Notes: a model not told the origin generated them from the sequence alone. Positions 25,450 through 37,545 are shown, numbered from the stretch's first letter. The stretch is 64,000 nt of DNA from Octopus sinensis (GCF_006345805.1 NW_021836289.1:151793-215792), one strand, 5' to 3'. Translations and numbers: made by a program.

Positions 25450-26560
25450 CAGCGGTTCTCAACCTTTTTTAGACTGGGGACCACTTTTGTACTATAAAAT
25501 TTTGTGGGGACCACCTTAAATAAAATAAACATTTTTTGGTATTAGCGCACAATTTTTGGCCTCGTCAGGGCCAGGTTTAGACATTTTCGAATATTTATTA
25601 TAAAAATAACATGAACATTATGAAAATAACAGAAAATTTAATAGTAATTTAGTGAGATTTCTGATCTTGTTTGCTCAGAATAATTTTACTTATATCAGGC
25701 TCTATGTTCGACAAAGCTACTCGCATATCATCTTGTACCCGTAGTCTATTTCTATATTTTGTTTTTAGAAAAGTCAGACACGACATCGCCATTTCACAGT
25801 GATAAGTAGTGGGGAATGCAAGTATTGATTCCAATGCAGTTTTACTCAAAATGGGGAATTCTTTCGCCATCTGACACATAACAATAAAAAGTAATTATTG
25901 TCGTAAGTTATAATGTCTAGGCCCGTTCTAAGTGTCCGGAGTGATAAATCGGATTTATCACTCCAAATCATCTAAATTCTTTGTTTAAGATCTGAAATTC
26001 TTAATGATTACTTTTGTTAATTCAATAATTTTTTAAATTATTAAAATTTGAAAAAAGTAACTCAGTTAACAAGAACGCGGAAATTAAATAAAGAAATTTT
26101 CATCAACCAGGTGATTGAGCGTCATAGTAACGAACATCAACTTCAGCTTGCTTTAGGTGATCTTATCTAGAAATTCTAAATGTAAGAAAAAGGTGGATGT
26201 CAATTTTAAAAGTTTAATAGAATTTCTCATTGATATTCAGGAAATAAATCTGATTTGAAAACCATGTTGGTTCTGTAAAAAAGTATTGTCAAGTATTCAA
26301 TCAATTCTAATTATTCTTCAAGTATTATTTCAAGTGAACCTCAATTATTCTTTAAGAAATTAGTCTGGGCATGTTTTAGATGTGTAAAAAGCTTATTCGA
26401 TAGTTACGTATTTAAGAATCTTATCACATCCCGTTGTGAAAACTTTCTGTCATTGATCTTGATCATTCATTCTTTATCCTCTATAACTATCCTTTGATGC
26501 AAAAAATCATTTATATTTTCCCGCCTTTCTTTCTTCGGCATTGGAAAACTACTGAATCAT
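25450..26560 (-). mobile_element. hAT (Buster/ZBED5-like) element, 3' half
   Basis: Terminus CAGCGGTTCTCAACC at 25450 preceded by 8-mer GTATACGT (central TA); C-terminal ORF FPTTYHCEMAMSCLTFLKTKYRNRL..DDMRVALS; other terminus absent, replaced by RPB2 sequence. Confidence 0.85.
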
Positions 26561-26561
26561 C

Positions 26562-28292
26562 TGACGGTATTGGATTCCATGTTGGGAAGCAAACATATTC
26601 CCGATTTGTAAAATTTTTCACGTTTGCACGCGAACTTTACATAATTTGTACTCTTCCTGACTCATTGTCATCATCACTTGGTCGACTATCTCGATTTCCG
26701 TTTTTCATAAGAACGTAGAGATATCCCTTTTAGAAAAACGCTTGACATCACCTTCCAACTAAAAATTACTTTCAAACATAGCCAACTTCATCATCACTGT
26801 TATTTTATAGCCGCCATCTTTCTAATTATTACATCATCTCCCAAAAAACGTGTCCCCGGAGCAATCACCCCGTCTTCGTCCAACTTTTCATAAACGGCGT
26901 GTCTCATTCCGATTACTTCATTTCTATTTGGTCTTTTGAAACACCCTTCCCCATATGGAGGACGTCGTGTTTCCTGGTCACGATAACAACGATAAAATAC
27001 TGCTCTGAGTCATTTACAAGACCAATAACCTAAATAGCCCCTGACCAATCTCGACTGATCCATTATTATGGAATCTTCTGATTGTAGCCTGTGTAGACAT
27101 CTATAGTCACGATTGTGTTAATTCCTGTAATTCACCAAAATTGACTAACCAGTCAGAAGTTCTCTAAACTTTAGAAACTCGGTGGCTCTAATCGTTGTGA
27201 GTAATTTTTGTGGATAATAAAGATAGAATGCTAACGAATCCATCCTGACGTGAAAGTTGGTGACGTACACTCCCATAGTCTGCTTCCCCATGGCAGCCTG
27301 GTTAGTGTTTCTAGAAGGCTAAAAGGGTAATGGAAAATGTAAAACACCTGGTTATGATCGGGAAAGGAAATGAGGAAGGCACACACTCCCAATGTCATGG
27401 ACAGGTTTATTTCGCAATGAGTGTAAGACGAACAGTGAAGAGGATACTTCGGATAAATCGTCAGGATGCATTGCAATCGTTGTCATCTGTTTTTCAATCG
27501 AGTCAATGTAGTCCAAAACTCCACCAGATACTAAATCCTTCTATCTGATGCTAGAAACAAAACAATCAACCCAAGTGAGTCGTATTGGCGCTTGAATCCC
27601 TCGAAATAGCGATTTTTTAGTAATAATTAATAGTTCTCCACAATAAGAAGCGGACGAAATGCACGACCGGCGTCACACGATATTTTGATCTCCCTGTCTT
27701 CAATGCCCTGTAATGTGGAAACCTACAATTCAACATGACTCCATACCTCCGAGACCACCACGTCTCCAGTCTGACGTCTCAATTTTTCGAGAATCACCAT
27801 TAGTCGTTCAGGATCACGGTGAATACCCACCAAACACCTATTTACAAACACCTTTGTAGTGCTGAGGCTCAGTCAGAATTAACAGATCTTCCAACTATCG
27901 TCGGTGATAATATCTCCTCTAAATTCTCCATCCGCCATTCTTTCAAAAACTCCAAGATTGGATAAGGCTGAGACCCCATTAAGATATAAGCCATGAGAGC
28001 CAAGTTCTTGATCAACTGCGGTTTCCTCGGGTGTCTTTGCCGGACACAGGTACTCCCATTGTCTGTTGTGGCGTTGACGAGGACGGGCCAGTTTTCAACC
28101 ACGGCCGATAGGGGAATTGAGACGTCGCAAATGTGAGAGAGTCGACATATATGTTAGTCTATTCAATACCTAAAAAAACTCAAAATATCCATTAAAACTG
28201 AGAAACACCAGCACGGGCCATGTGGGCTTTTTTGATCACCCCATTTACCAGTCGCAAATGAATAACGGAGTCCGTCGGTGATTATTCTCGTT
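26562..28292 (-). pseudogene. POLR2B: RNA polymerase II second-largest subunit, internal fragment with introns
   Basis: [116 protein letters not shown]. Substitution stops, frameshifts and loss of QKGTCG; micro-introns retained. Confidence 0.93.
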
Positions 28293-29230
28293 TTATGGGA
28301 GTTTGCCAGTGATTAACTCGTAAAGGACTATTCCATATGCATACATGTCAGAAGAAAAAACGGTCCACTTTTTTCTCGCAAACGGATGATTTCCGGAGCC
28401 TAAACATGTCTCATAAAACATGCCATCCAAAAAACTAATCCAAAAAGTTTTGGTTTTTTGAAGAACTTGTATCAACAATTGTCTGAACACGTCTGCATAA
28501 TCATTTTCAACAAAACTGTTAGATTTAAGATCACAATGAATGATTTGTTTAGAATGCAGATAAGCCATTCGTGGCGTTATGGGGTCCACCATGTCAGTTG
28601 GAAAATTCCAATCGGATATGGCAACGCTCAGGAGGCACTTAATGCCTACCGAAAAAGGACTTCTAGCTCTCAGACCCTGGGACATCGTCGTTTTAGGCCG
28701 ATCATGCGGGCAGGATTGAACCTTTCAGAAGGATCTCCCTCGTTTGGATCGGCGATCACGGGAATAACTATAATTAACTGGCTTTGCCCGTGTTTGGTCT
28801 TTAATAAATAAATAAATAATAAATAATGCAGATAAGCCATTCCTTCTGCGAGTTGACGAGCAATGTAAAGAATAGTAAACGGTTCGAAAATAAGTTCTTC
28901 AACGTGAAGACTTTTATAAAGAGAAGACCTTTCACACCACTCAGTCACAATCGCCATGTACGGGTCTGTAATACATCTCATGAAGAGCAGACTATGCTCA
29001 TGCCCCAATCTTCTAAAAAACGTCTTGTACTGCAAAACAGCGATCTCGTTTCGAAAAGAAGCCAAATGCTCGTTTGAAGGATTAGTTGCGTGGATTATCT
29101 TTACCGCTGCCTTTCCAAATAATCACATTTGTAGACAGTCCAAAACGACCCCTTCCCCACACACTCCCCGAACTGTAGACTTTTTGAATCAATCTCCCAA
29201 TCAATCACTTTGATGTCAGACTAGGAGATA
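28293..29230 (-). pseudogene. Raf-family kinase, 3'-truncated and inactivated (N-terminal part may extend to about 30200)
   Basis: DWEI..GKGSFWTVYK, AVK, ASFRNEIAVL, AIVTEWCERSSLYKSLH, GMAYLH..IIHCDLKSN, WM|APEII, SDMYAYGIVLYELITGKLP*. G-loop G>W, HRD>HCD, DFG not found, retro-insertion, GC-AG intron 28400-28423. Confidence 0.9.
28571..28824 (+). mobile_element. 5'-truncated retroposon with (TAAA)n tail inserted into Raf
   Basis: 18-bp TSD AATGCAGATAAGCCATTC at 28553-28570 and 28825-28842, duplicating the GMAYLH codons; (TAAA)n 3' tail. Confidence 0.85.
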
Positions 29231-30276
29231 CAGGCATGAACACATGGGAAATTTTTTAATTCGATAATTGCGGCGATTTCTCACTGGGAACTAGACAAGT
29301 AGTCCTACAGCTACCTTTTCTTAAAAAGATGATTCTTTATGATACAGGAGAATTACTTTTTCCAGATCATTGTGACAAATCCGGTAGTTATTATGTCTTT
29401 GAAAAAAGAAAGCAAAACTATCCAATCTTTTTTTGAACATTTTCAAAAAAAGTTTTTCATAGCACCAGCATCGTTTATTAAACATCCGATATTAGTTGGT
29501 TGATCGAGGGACCTGCTAAAGAGGGATTCTAAATAATTTTTTAAAAAAGTTAAACTAATCAGAGGCCATCAAATCGTCAGGTTTTGTTTTTCAGAAAACA
29601 ATTTAAAACTTCGTCTTCAGCAGCGAGAAAATCATGAATTTTTATCATCGATACAAACTTATGATGTACTTTGTCTTTTGGAAGCTTATTGTAGACAGTT
29701 AATAACCGGGTTCTTAACTTTTACAGTAATTATCCCAAGGAAATGTTTTTCAAAATCTAATTCAGACCAAACTGTTTGTTTTTGGAAAAAAACTGGGGGG
29801 AATTGTAATATAATCGATTGATAATCAATATGTTGTACCGAGCGAGGGATGACACGAATTTTTTAGAAAAGCATGTAAAAACCTGCTTCCGCTCAAATTT
29901 GTTCCCAAGGTCTTACCAATACAATTCTAATAAATTCGCTTGATACATTGAAAATATTGTAATCCATTAACGATTTTTTAATTAATTTGAAGAGATTTAT
30001 TAAACAAAACAGTCAAAAACAGAATCTGAAATACATGGACTACCATTTTGTCCAAAAAGGAATAGTTTTGTGTTTGAGAAGTGTTATATTTTACAAAGAA
30101 TCTTGCATTATCCGTTTGGAAACATGTATCACTATTCAGACAGTCTGATGGAAGTAAAATTAAAGAGTTTTGTCAATTTAAAAAAGAATAGAAACTGAAT
30201 TCGGATGGTCACTGAAAAACTGTGAGAAAGCCGGGGTCTCATTAAGAAACTCTTGATCGATAAGAACTATCGATAT

Positions 30277-30506
30277 ACGTATTAACCGCTTTTTGACTGG
30301 ACCCAAATATACTTATTAAGAGTCTCATTAAGAGCCATAAATAAATTTCACGATTTGAAAATAATTAATTTAGTTGTAAAATAAATTAAATTTATTTATT
30401 TGTAATTTAAAATACATTTTGTATCTTTAGTTGAACCACTAAATTTGCAGTAGAAATGGTTCACCACAAATTTAAACGTATTTACCGCTTTTTGACTGGA
30501 CCCAAA
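30277..30506. repeat. 31-bp direct repeat pair (1 mismatch), 199 bp apart
   Basis: ACGTATT(A/T)ACCGCTTTTTGACTGGACCCAAA at 30277-30307 and 30476-30506. Confidence 0.8.
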
Positions 30507-30637
30507 CTGATTCACGTGTACAAAAAACCCGACTCGGTAATGAAATTCCTGATCTATTCCACAGGAAGATTACCACATGAATAAATTAGAACACATTTCG
30601 TCAGTATACACGAATATTGTTTGTTTTATATATAACC

Positions 30638-32369
30638 ATGGCAGATCTCATTTGTTAATAAAATAGTATTATACTCTGCAGTCCCACTTGTCCTCCTTGG
30701 TTCTGATAAGCTAATGATACTTTATGTATACATAACTTTATTCCTGATCAAAAGAGTCCTCAGTTTGACAAATTGTTAATAAATTGTTGTGCCGATTTTT
30801 TAGTGCTGGGTCGATTCTACAATCCTGTGTATATGGCATTCTTTGACAAATATTGCCAAGTACTCGACCAAAAGTGCTCAAAAGTAAAATCCAATTTTAA
30901 TGAAAAGAACGTTTTGAAAGCATTTGACTACGATTTCCGATTCTGGCCTGTGGATTATGCTGCCCAATGTTCTGATTCTGCCATACTCAAACAGCTGCAG
31001 TCGGATTCTCTGGTCGATCATATTTTCGATCTTAAATATATCCTTACGTGGTTATTAATGCTCTTTGTGGGACGTCCTTTGGTCTATCCGGGGTCCACAC
31101 ATTTCACTAAGGACTATTTCGAGCCCATGTTGAACGACGGACGGTCATCGCTTGTAGAACTTGTACATTTTGACTTGATTACCAAAGTATGGGGGACGAA
31201 GAGCCAAAGTCAAGACCCTCACAGGCGCAGAAATCGACACAATGTTCTTGGACCGTCGGGACTGCCACGCTGGGCAGTTTCTTGTCATTTGCAGTGAGGG
31301 AAACTGCTCGTTTTACGAGTGTGGGTCAAATCAGAGCATAATATCACTGGGACATTCAGTCCTGGCCTGGAACCATCCGGGATTTGGGGCAAGTTCGGTA
31401 TTTGGTTCAACTAGACGTACTTTAAGAGTCTTCCGTATGTCTATGAGGAGAATAACGCCGTTTATGCTGTCATTCTGTACGCCATTGAGGAATTGGGATT
31501 CAATACAAACAAGATCATTTTGTATGGGTGGTCTATTGGGGGTTATTCGGCCGCATTTGGAGCTGCCCTCTTCCCCTCAGTGGATTCAGTGGTTGATTTT
31601 GTTCGACTTTAATCAGATTGTCGATGGGACTTTCCATTCCATTATTCCCGTTGCTAAAAATTCGATGGCAGATTTTTTCCGTAATGAGTACTCTCAGAAT
31701 TTAGATTTTATGGTTGAGGCTGTCATGAAAGCTCATTTTGACCTGGACGTTGCTAAGCTTCTCAAAAGGTCGTGTGGTTTTGATCATTTCATGCAGATAT
31801 AGTGGCCCTCTTCTTATCCTCAGACGAACTAACGACGAAATAGTCTCCCTTGTGTATAATAAGATTATTAAGTTTATAGCACAAATGATGTATCTACTAA
31901 TTGTGGAAATTGCCTTGCTATGTCTGTTCTACAACACAGGTTTTGGAACTATATTTAGATTTGTAAGATTTCCAGCTCTTTTTACTGAGGAAGTGATGGA
32001 GGAATGCAAAATTTGCATCGCTGTTCCAGCCGAGGCTAGAGGTTAGTTTTTAATTAATATTCTGTATAGTTAAGCGCTACTCAGGTCACAAAATAAATGA
32101 ACTGGAATCCCAAAATGTGTTGAATAAATATTTGGGGGAGACTGCGTGCTGTGAATCTGCCTTGTTTGGTCGGCTGTGTTATTCATATTGTAGGAACTGA
32201 TTTAAATGACGGCGAGAGATTGAAATTTGCTTTATTTTTGGTCGATAAAACGCTATGCGATGTTGTGGAAAGACACTCAGTGCCTCTTCCGTTAGAGTTC
32301 TTTGAAAGGCCGTGGAGACCTTATGGCTCGGAGTGCTTTGCTGGTTGTCACTACCATTATGTCGGATAA
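30638..32369 (+). CDS. ABHD16A: Alpha/beta hydrolase ABHD16A (BAT5)-like lipase
   Basis: FDYDFRFWPVD, GRPLVYPGS, EIDTMFLDRR, LVICSEGNCSFYECG, LAWNHPGFGAS, nucleophile GWSIGG, ILRRTNDEI, PLPLEFFERPW; about 10 micro-introns; one probable 1-nt indel in a G run near 32135. Confidence 0.88.
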
Positions 32370-32970
32370 TTCTGGTTTCAAGGAATTTCGTTTTATTATT
32401 CCATATTTGATATCGGGGTTGGATGGATTAGTTGCGTTTTATACTCTGCTCGTTCGTGACTTTATTTGTGGAGATCCATGTCGCCATCTTCAAAAGAAGC
32501 GCTTGTCGACGAAATCACTGATCTAACAGGCAATAGAAACGAGTGATTCAGGAAACAAGCATATTTTTTGATCTTCGTATCTTTGCCCTGTAGGAGACGT
32601 GTTCAGAAATCACTACTGGAAATTGTAGGAAAGTAAGCGCGTAGGTGTTTACGTATGTGGCGCCTATTCAACCGATTGTCGGTCATCCCGGCATGGTCAA
32701 TAATCAAATTGTTCTGTTAGTTGTTTTAAATTTTTAATTATTTGACTGATAAAGACAAAATTATATTAATTTTAGTTTTATTTATCAGGTGAGATGAATT
32801 TTAAAAGAAGATATTAAAAACCTTCGAAAACTAATTTTATTTCAATTTGCAGAATATTAAAAAACTTTGAAAACTAAAATCTTTATAAATATTATTTTTA
32901 TTTATTTTTATTTCAAATTTGGAAATGTATTAAAAAATTAACTATAACACCTTATACTATTTTCTAACAG

Positions 32971-34181
32971 GTTCAATGTTCATTGTGATTAACCCAAATT
33001 CTGGTAATAAAAAATCTTTAAAACGGTTTGAAAAAGTGATAGCTCCAATTTTAAAGAATAAAAACATCCCATACAATACATTTATTACAGGTATACCTTA
33101 ATGCATCAATATTATAGAATCAAGTCATCAAATAAAAAAATATTTTGAAAAAGAATTCGATTTTTCTTTATTAAACGTGATTGTCTTTGTCTCTGGGGAT
33201 GGAACTATGTTCCAGGTAAATAAAAAGTGCTTATTTATTTGGTAATTCATTCATTATTGGGTCGGGAGGACTTTAACTTATCAAAAAGCATTCGTTTCAT
33301 CATTTTTCCTGGAGGAACCAACAACGGGTTGTATAAGAGCTTCTCAGTTCAAAAAAAGTGAACAAAGTTGTATTTAATTTAAGTTGTTCTCGAATGACTG
33401 AATATATACATAGCTCTATATCTTCATACAAGTCGAATATACCCCAGGATGTAAATGCAGTGTTTGTTAAGCTGACTCGATGTGAGAAAACCGTCCGATC
33501 TCATATAATAATCTCATTCGGAATACTCCCAGACATTGATTTTAAATCTGGAAATCCGCGAGCACTGACAACACGTTTGATGGCGACAAAACTAATCATA
33601 TCCAGTAATACTCCATAAATCATACAGATCCTTACAATAATGACAAATATACAATTTTTTACAAACCAAAGTATTCAAAAAAGCCCCTCAAACCATTTTT
33701 TCAAAAATTGATTGTTACCGAACATTACACACTATATCCAGAGATTTCAGAACCGTTAACTGGTGAACGATATAAAACATTTTAGAAGCAAGAGAGAAGT
33801 TTGGTGGGGATATTCCAAATGAATGGGAAGTCATCGAAGGAAAATTTGCTTCAGTTACTGTTTCTGCACATCCATTTGTCGGGGAAACTTTGTGTCTATT
33901 TCCTGGGTTCAGTTCTTTCTCTGGAAATCCTTATTTAGTTTATTACTACTTTTTATTTAATTTAGTTTTTGTTAAAGCCTGGTTCATTCCGGAATAAATT
34001 CAAGTTCATGATGCATGCCCTAAATCCCGATATTGAATCTTTAAATGACATTCAGGTTATAGAAATCGAATCTTTTGGAATTTTCCCTCCAGAAAGGCTA
34101 AAATCTATGTCAGTTGATGGCGAACCTTTTGATTCTCAGCCTATTTGGGGTGATTCGTGCTCTATCAAAATGTACGTATAA
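32971..34181 (+). CDS. Sphingosine-kinase-like (DAGK catalytic) protein, possibly disrupted
   Basis: INPNSG, VSGDGTMFQ|VIHSLLGRED, IFPGGTNNG, FGILPDID, MSVDGEPF; micro-introns, one ending TG (33216-33241); a stop/frameshift near 33618; 5' exon not defined. Confidence 0.75.
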
Positions 34182-34499
34182 GCGTATTTATTCCTTTCTT
34201 TTTCATAAAAACATTTAACTTTTATTCATTAATACTAAATTGTAAAATTCCAGACAACACATTAACATTGCATTTCAAGTTAAGTCTGACAATAGCCCAA
34301 TTAAACATAGATCAGTAAAGTTCAATATAAGCATTATAATTATCGATGAATTAAATTTATACTTTAAAGCGAACTGTAAAAAATCATTACTTTTATAAAA
34401 AAGGATTCCCCAAACAATTTAAGGCGGACGGACTCCGAATGGGATGTCACAGGCTTCCTAGTCTTCTTCAGCCGCACGCCAATAAAAAGAATTTGAAAA

Positions 34500-34590
34500 G
34501 AAGAGATGCAACTCATTTCGGATTAATTAGAATAAATAGTTATTTGTTCTCTTTCTTTTGTTACAAATAAATGTGTGGCTGGCACAAACG
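34500..34590 (+). repeat. SINE-like repeat, diverged copy C
   Basis: TTCGGATTAATTAG...TGTTCTCTTTCT...TGTGTGGCTGGC colinear with copies at 5380-5430/5850 and 20660-20720. Confidence 0.4.
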
Positions 34591-35614
34591 GGACCTTAGT
34601 CAACATAACGTTCTTTAGTATATATCGATCTTTTAAAAGTGCTGTAAATAATCAAGAATTGAAATTTAAATAAAGACGGCACTGTTTGCCTTTCACGAAG
34701 AAAATTGTGGTCAGAGAGCTTTTTTTTAATGTTCCGGTATTCCTCACCCGAAAGAGCATTAATAAATTTCAAAGCTGAAAAAATCCTAAAAATATGCTTT
34801 GATGACGTGGACTTGTTGCAAATTACCTTTAAGGCTTGGTGGAATTAGACTAGGTTTGCCACTTAAATAGGTCTTTCTGCTTTTCTCTCCCCACGTGCAT
34901 GCTCTCAGACATTCTGCTATTAACGAGACTATTTCGGCTGCGTTATAAGCTGCTGGATTCCCGATAGGACTGGAACCTGTTTGGCTTGACCTTGGAGACG
35001 GTCAACGCCCAGATGAAGTCACTGTTTTTCCGTTGAGTAATGCGAAATTTTTTGTGTAATAGGTCCATCGACACCTTTTTGAAGACGAATATAGTTGCCT
35101 TTGTAATCAGTCCAGGTTCAGCCGCTAAGAACGCCAAAAAATATAAAAATCTCAAAATATTCCGATCTGTCGGACAACATCATCTTTTCTCCAATTTCCG
35201 TAGAAACTTCCGGACCAATGAATAATAAACCGTTTGAACTCGTTGGAAAGATTGGGAAACTGATCCCAAAAAGACGAAGAGAGCCTCTAGAGAATAAATG
35301 TTTGTTTCGAAAAATCTACATAGCGATTCTGATAGCAACATTTTCTCTATCGTTAATTTAAAGTAATTTTGAAAAAAGAAATAGTTGATGGGCAATTATC
35401 TAAAGATCGTTAATTTAAAATGGTGACAAATTATATTTCATTTCTGTTAATTAAATATTAGTTCTCTTCTAAATTGATCTAATATTTGTTTTATTATTTT
35501 ATAAAAGTAATAGGTAAAATTTAATTTGATCATTTTACTCCTCATTAATTCTAGTATAAAATGTATAATAGTTTCCGTATTTTATGGTTAATATTCTGAT
35601 TATTCGAAATTAAG

Positions 35615-36976
35615 ATGAAGAGGTCCAGCGAAATTGAAATTAAAAAAACTGAATCAACGTTTGACGAAATTTCTTTATATTCGCAAAGCAAATTCGACGA
35701 TAGCTCAACTGATTCAACACCTGATACAATAAAAATGAATAGAAGAAAGACAGAATTTAATTTAAATTATGTAAGGTCTACTGACGAGGAATCGGACTTA
35801 GTGAACGAATACAAAAAAGAATTGATTCTCATGATGCCGTACGTTGAATCAATTTGTATTATTTATATATTTACATGAAAGCAAAAAGAGCCAAGGAAAT
35901 AGACTTGTAGACATTTCTTATAAAAAGTCAACAAAATGTGACAATAAAATTCTTGAACTATCTTTAAATTCTACTGAAGAAAGGATTGCCTGTATACTTG
36001 AGGTATTTATAAAATGTATTATGTTAGAATTCAATCTGCATTACACATGATTTGAACACGTTCAGTTGTAGACAGAACAGAATAGAACTAAACAATCCTA
36101 ATTGTTGTTCTATTGGACCATCTGGAAAAAATATACTTATTTCGTTGATAATTTTTATAATTTTTTAAGAGGGTTTGATTCAATCTGTAAAATTTGGACT
36201 CATGATATTGAAAATTTCAAAGATGTCAGGTGCTCTTCGAGAAGACTAACAAAAAGCCGTTTTTTTTATTCCAGCAATCTGGTCAAATTTAATGTTTGAT
36301 TTAGTATAACAGATTCTTTCTGGAGATTTTGAAGGAAATTGTGCTGTGACAGACATAGAAAATGAAGTAACTTTGGCCAGCTACTCAGGCCATATTGGTC
36401 GAGTAAATTTTCTTGAACTTACATCTAATTCAGGATCCACTTTTTTATCAGCTGTTAGCGTTGCTTTAATTACTAATAGGACAAAACTGATACACTCTTA
36501 TGCGATATTAGAGGTAAAGAAATTGTTAGAACATTTCCTAACATTGAAAATATAACAAATCTGGCTTGGTGTCCAAATGAAGGCTACTTTTTGATGTGCT
36601 CATTAGACGGATCGGTAAATATTTTACTGAAAAATTTATTTTTAGAGTCGACTTATTGATATACGTTCATTGTGTATAATTGTTCTTTTTAAATGTAAAT
36701 CGGTAATTAGCAGAGTCTGTTCGGCCTGTTTTTCATTTAGTGGTTCAAAAATATTGTTATTAATTGGTAGGAGCGTTTCTCATTTCTGGACATTTGGATG
36801 GATCGATTAATATTTGGGATGTTTTAACTGGAAATCGCATATCGTGGATATTAGGGCATTCAGATGCTGTAACGGGAATTAAATATTTAGAAAATGGATC
36901 TTCCATTTGCTCTGGAGGATTTGATGGCATGATAAAAGTATTATAAATAGTCTCTTTTTTCTAGATCTGGAAGTAA
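35615..36976 (+). CDS. Highly divergent G-protein beta-subunit-like WD40 protein
   Basis: Colinear with G-beta: CCSIGPSGKY..GGFDSICKIW, YSGHIGRV, DIRGKEIVRTF, AWCPNEGYF, SACFSFSG, INIWDVL..RISWILGHSDAVTGI..GSSICSGGFDGMIK|IWK*; micro-introns; possible indels. Confidence 0.75.
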
Positions 36977-37199
36977 TAGTGTCAATTCATTTACACTATA
37001 TTTTAAATGTTCTTGTTACAATTTAATTTTTTAAATAGTAATTATTAATCCGTTTTCAAGTGATTTAACTATCGTTTGTAAATAAAGACAAATTTAACAG
37101 CCTTTAAATTCCGAGCCTCAAAAAATGGCATGTAGCTAACCTACCATTAACGTTATAAAATATGTCAAATTAAAAAAATGATAGGTGTTTTTTGACTTA

Positions 37200-37545
37200 T
37201 TTGCCTCACTTGGGACGCAACCTGCTGCGACACCTTTTCTGCTTCTCACTTAACTTCGTGTGCCCTGGAGGCCAAATCTGCAGCTAAGAAGGCTGAAGAT
37301 TTAAAGCTTTTAAAATATTCTGCCCTCTCGGAGAAGTTTTCCGTGGTGCCGATCGCGGCGGAGACGTCGGGTGCTCTCGGTCCAAAAACTGAAAAGTTCC
37401 TTCGCAAGCTCGGAGCCAAAATCTCAATGCGCACCCATGATCCTCGGGAGGCGAACTGGCTAATGCAACGGCTCTCGATTGCCATTATCCGGGGAAACAG
37501 TTTGGCAATCCGCCAGGCTACATATCCACCATAAACATAATTCTA
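37200..37545 (+). mobile_element. CRE-like retrotransposon 3' fragment
   Basis: CLTWDATCCDTFS..KYSALS.KFSVVPIAAETSGALGP...WLMQRLSIAIIRGNSLAI in an uninterrupted frame. Confidence 0.85.

Noticed and set aside
27869-28292. Initially read as the Raf kinase C-terminus
   Set aside because: Frame-by-frame translation matches RPB2 ([28 protein letters not shown]); Raf actually ends at 28293.
30271-30290. ATATACGT..AACCGCT as the missing left end and TSD of the Buster element (would prove Pack-hAT capture)
   Set aside because: Order is wrong (the TSD-like 8-mer precedes the TIR-like bases) and the match to GGTTGAGAACCGCTG is partial.
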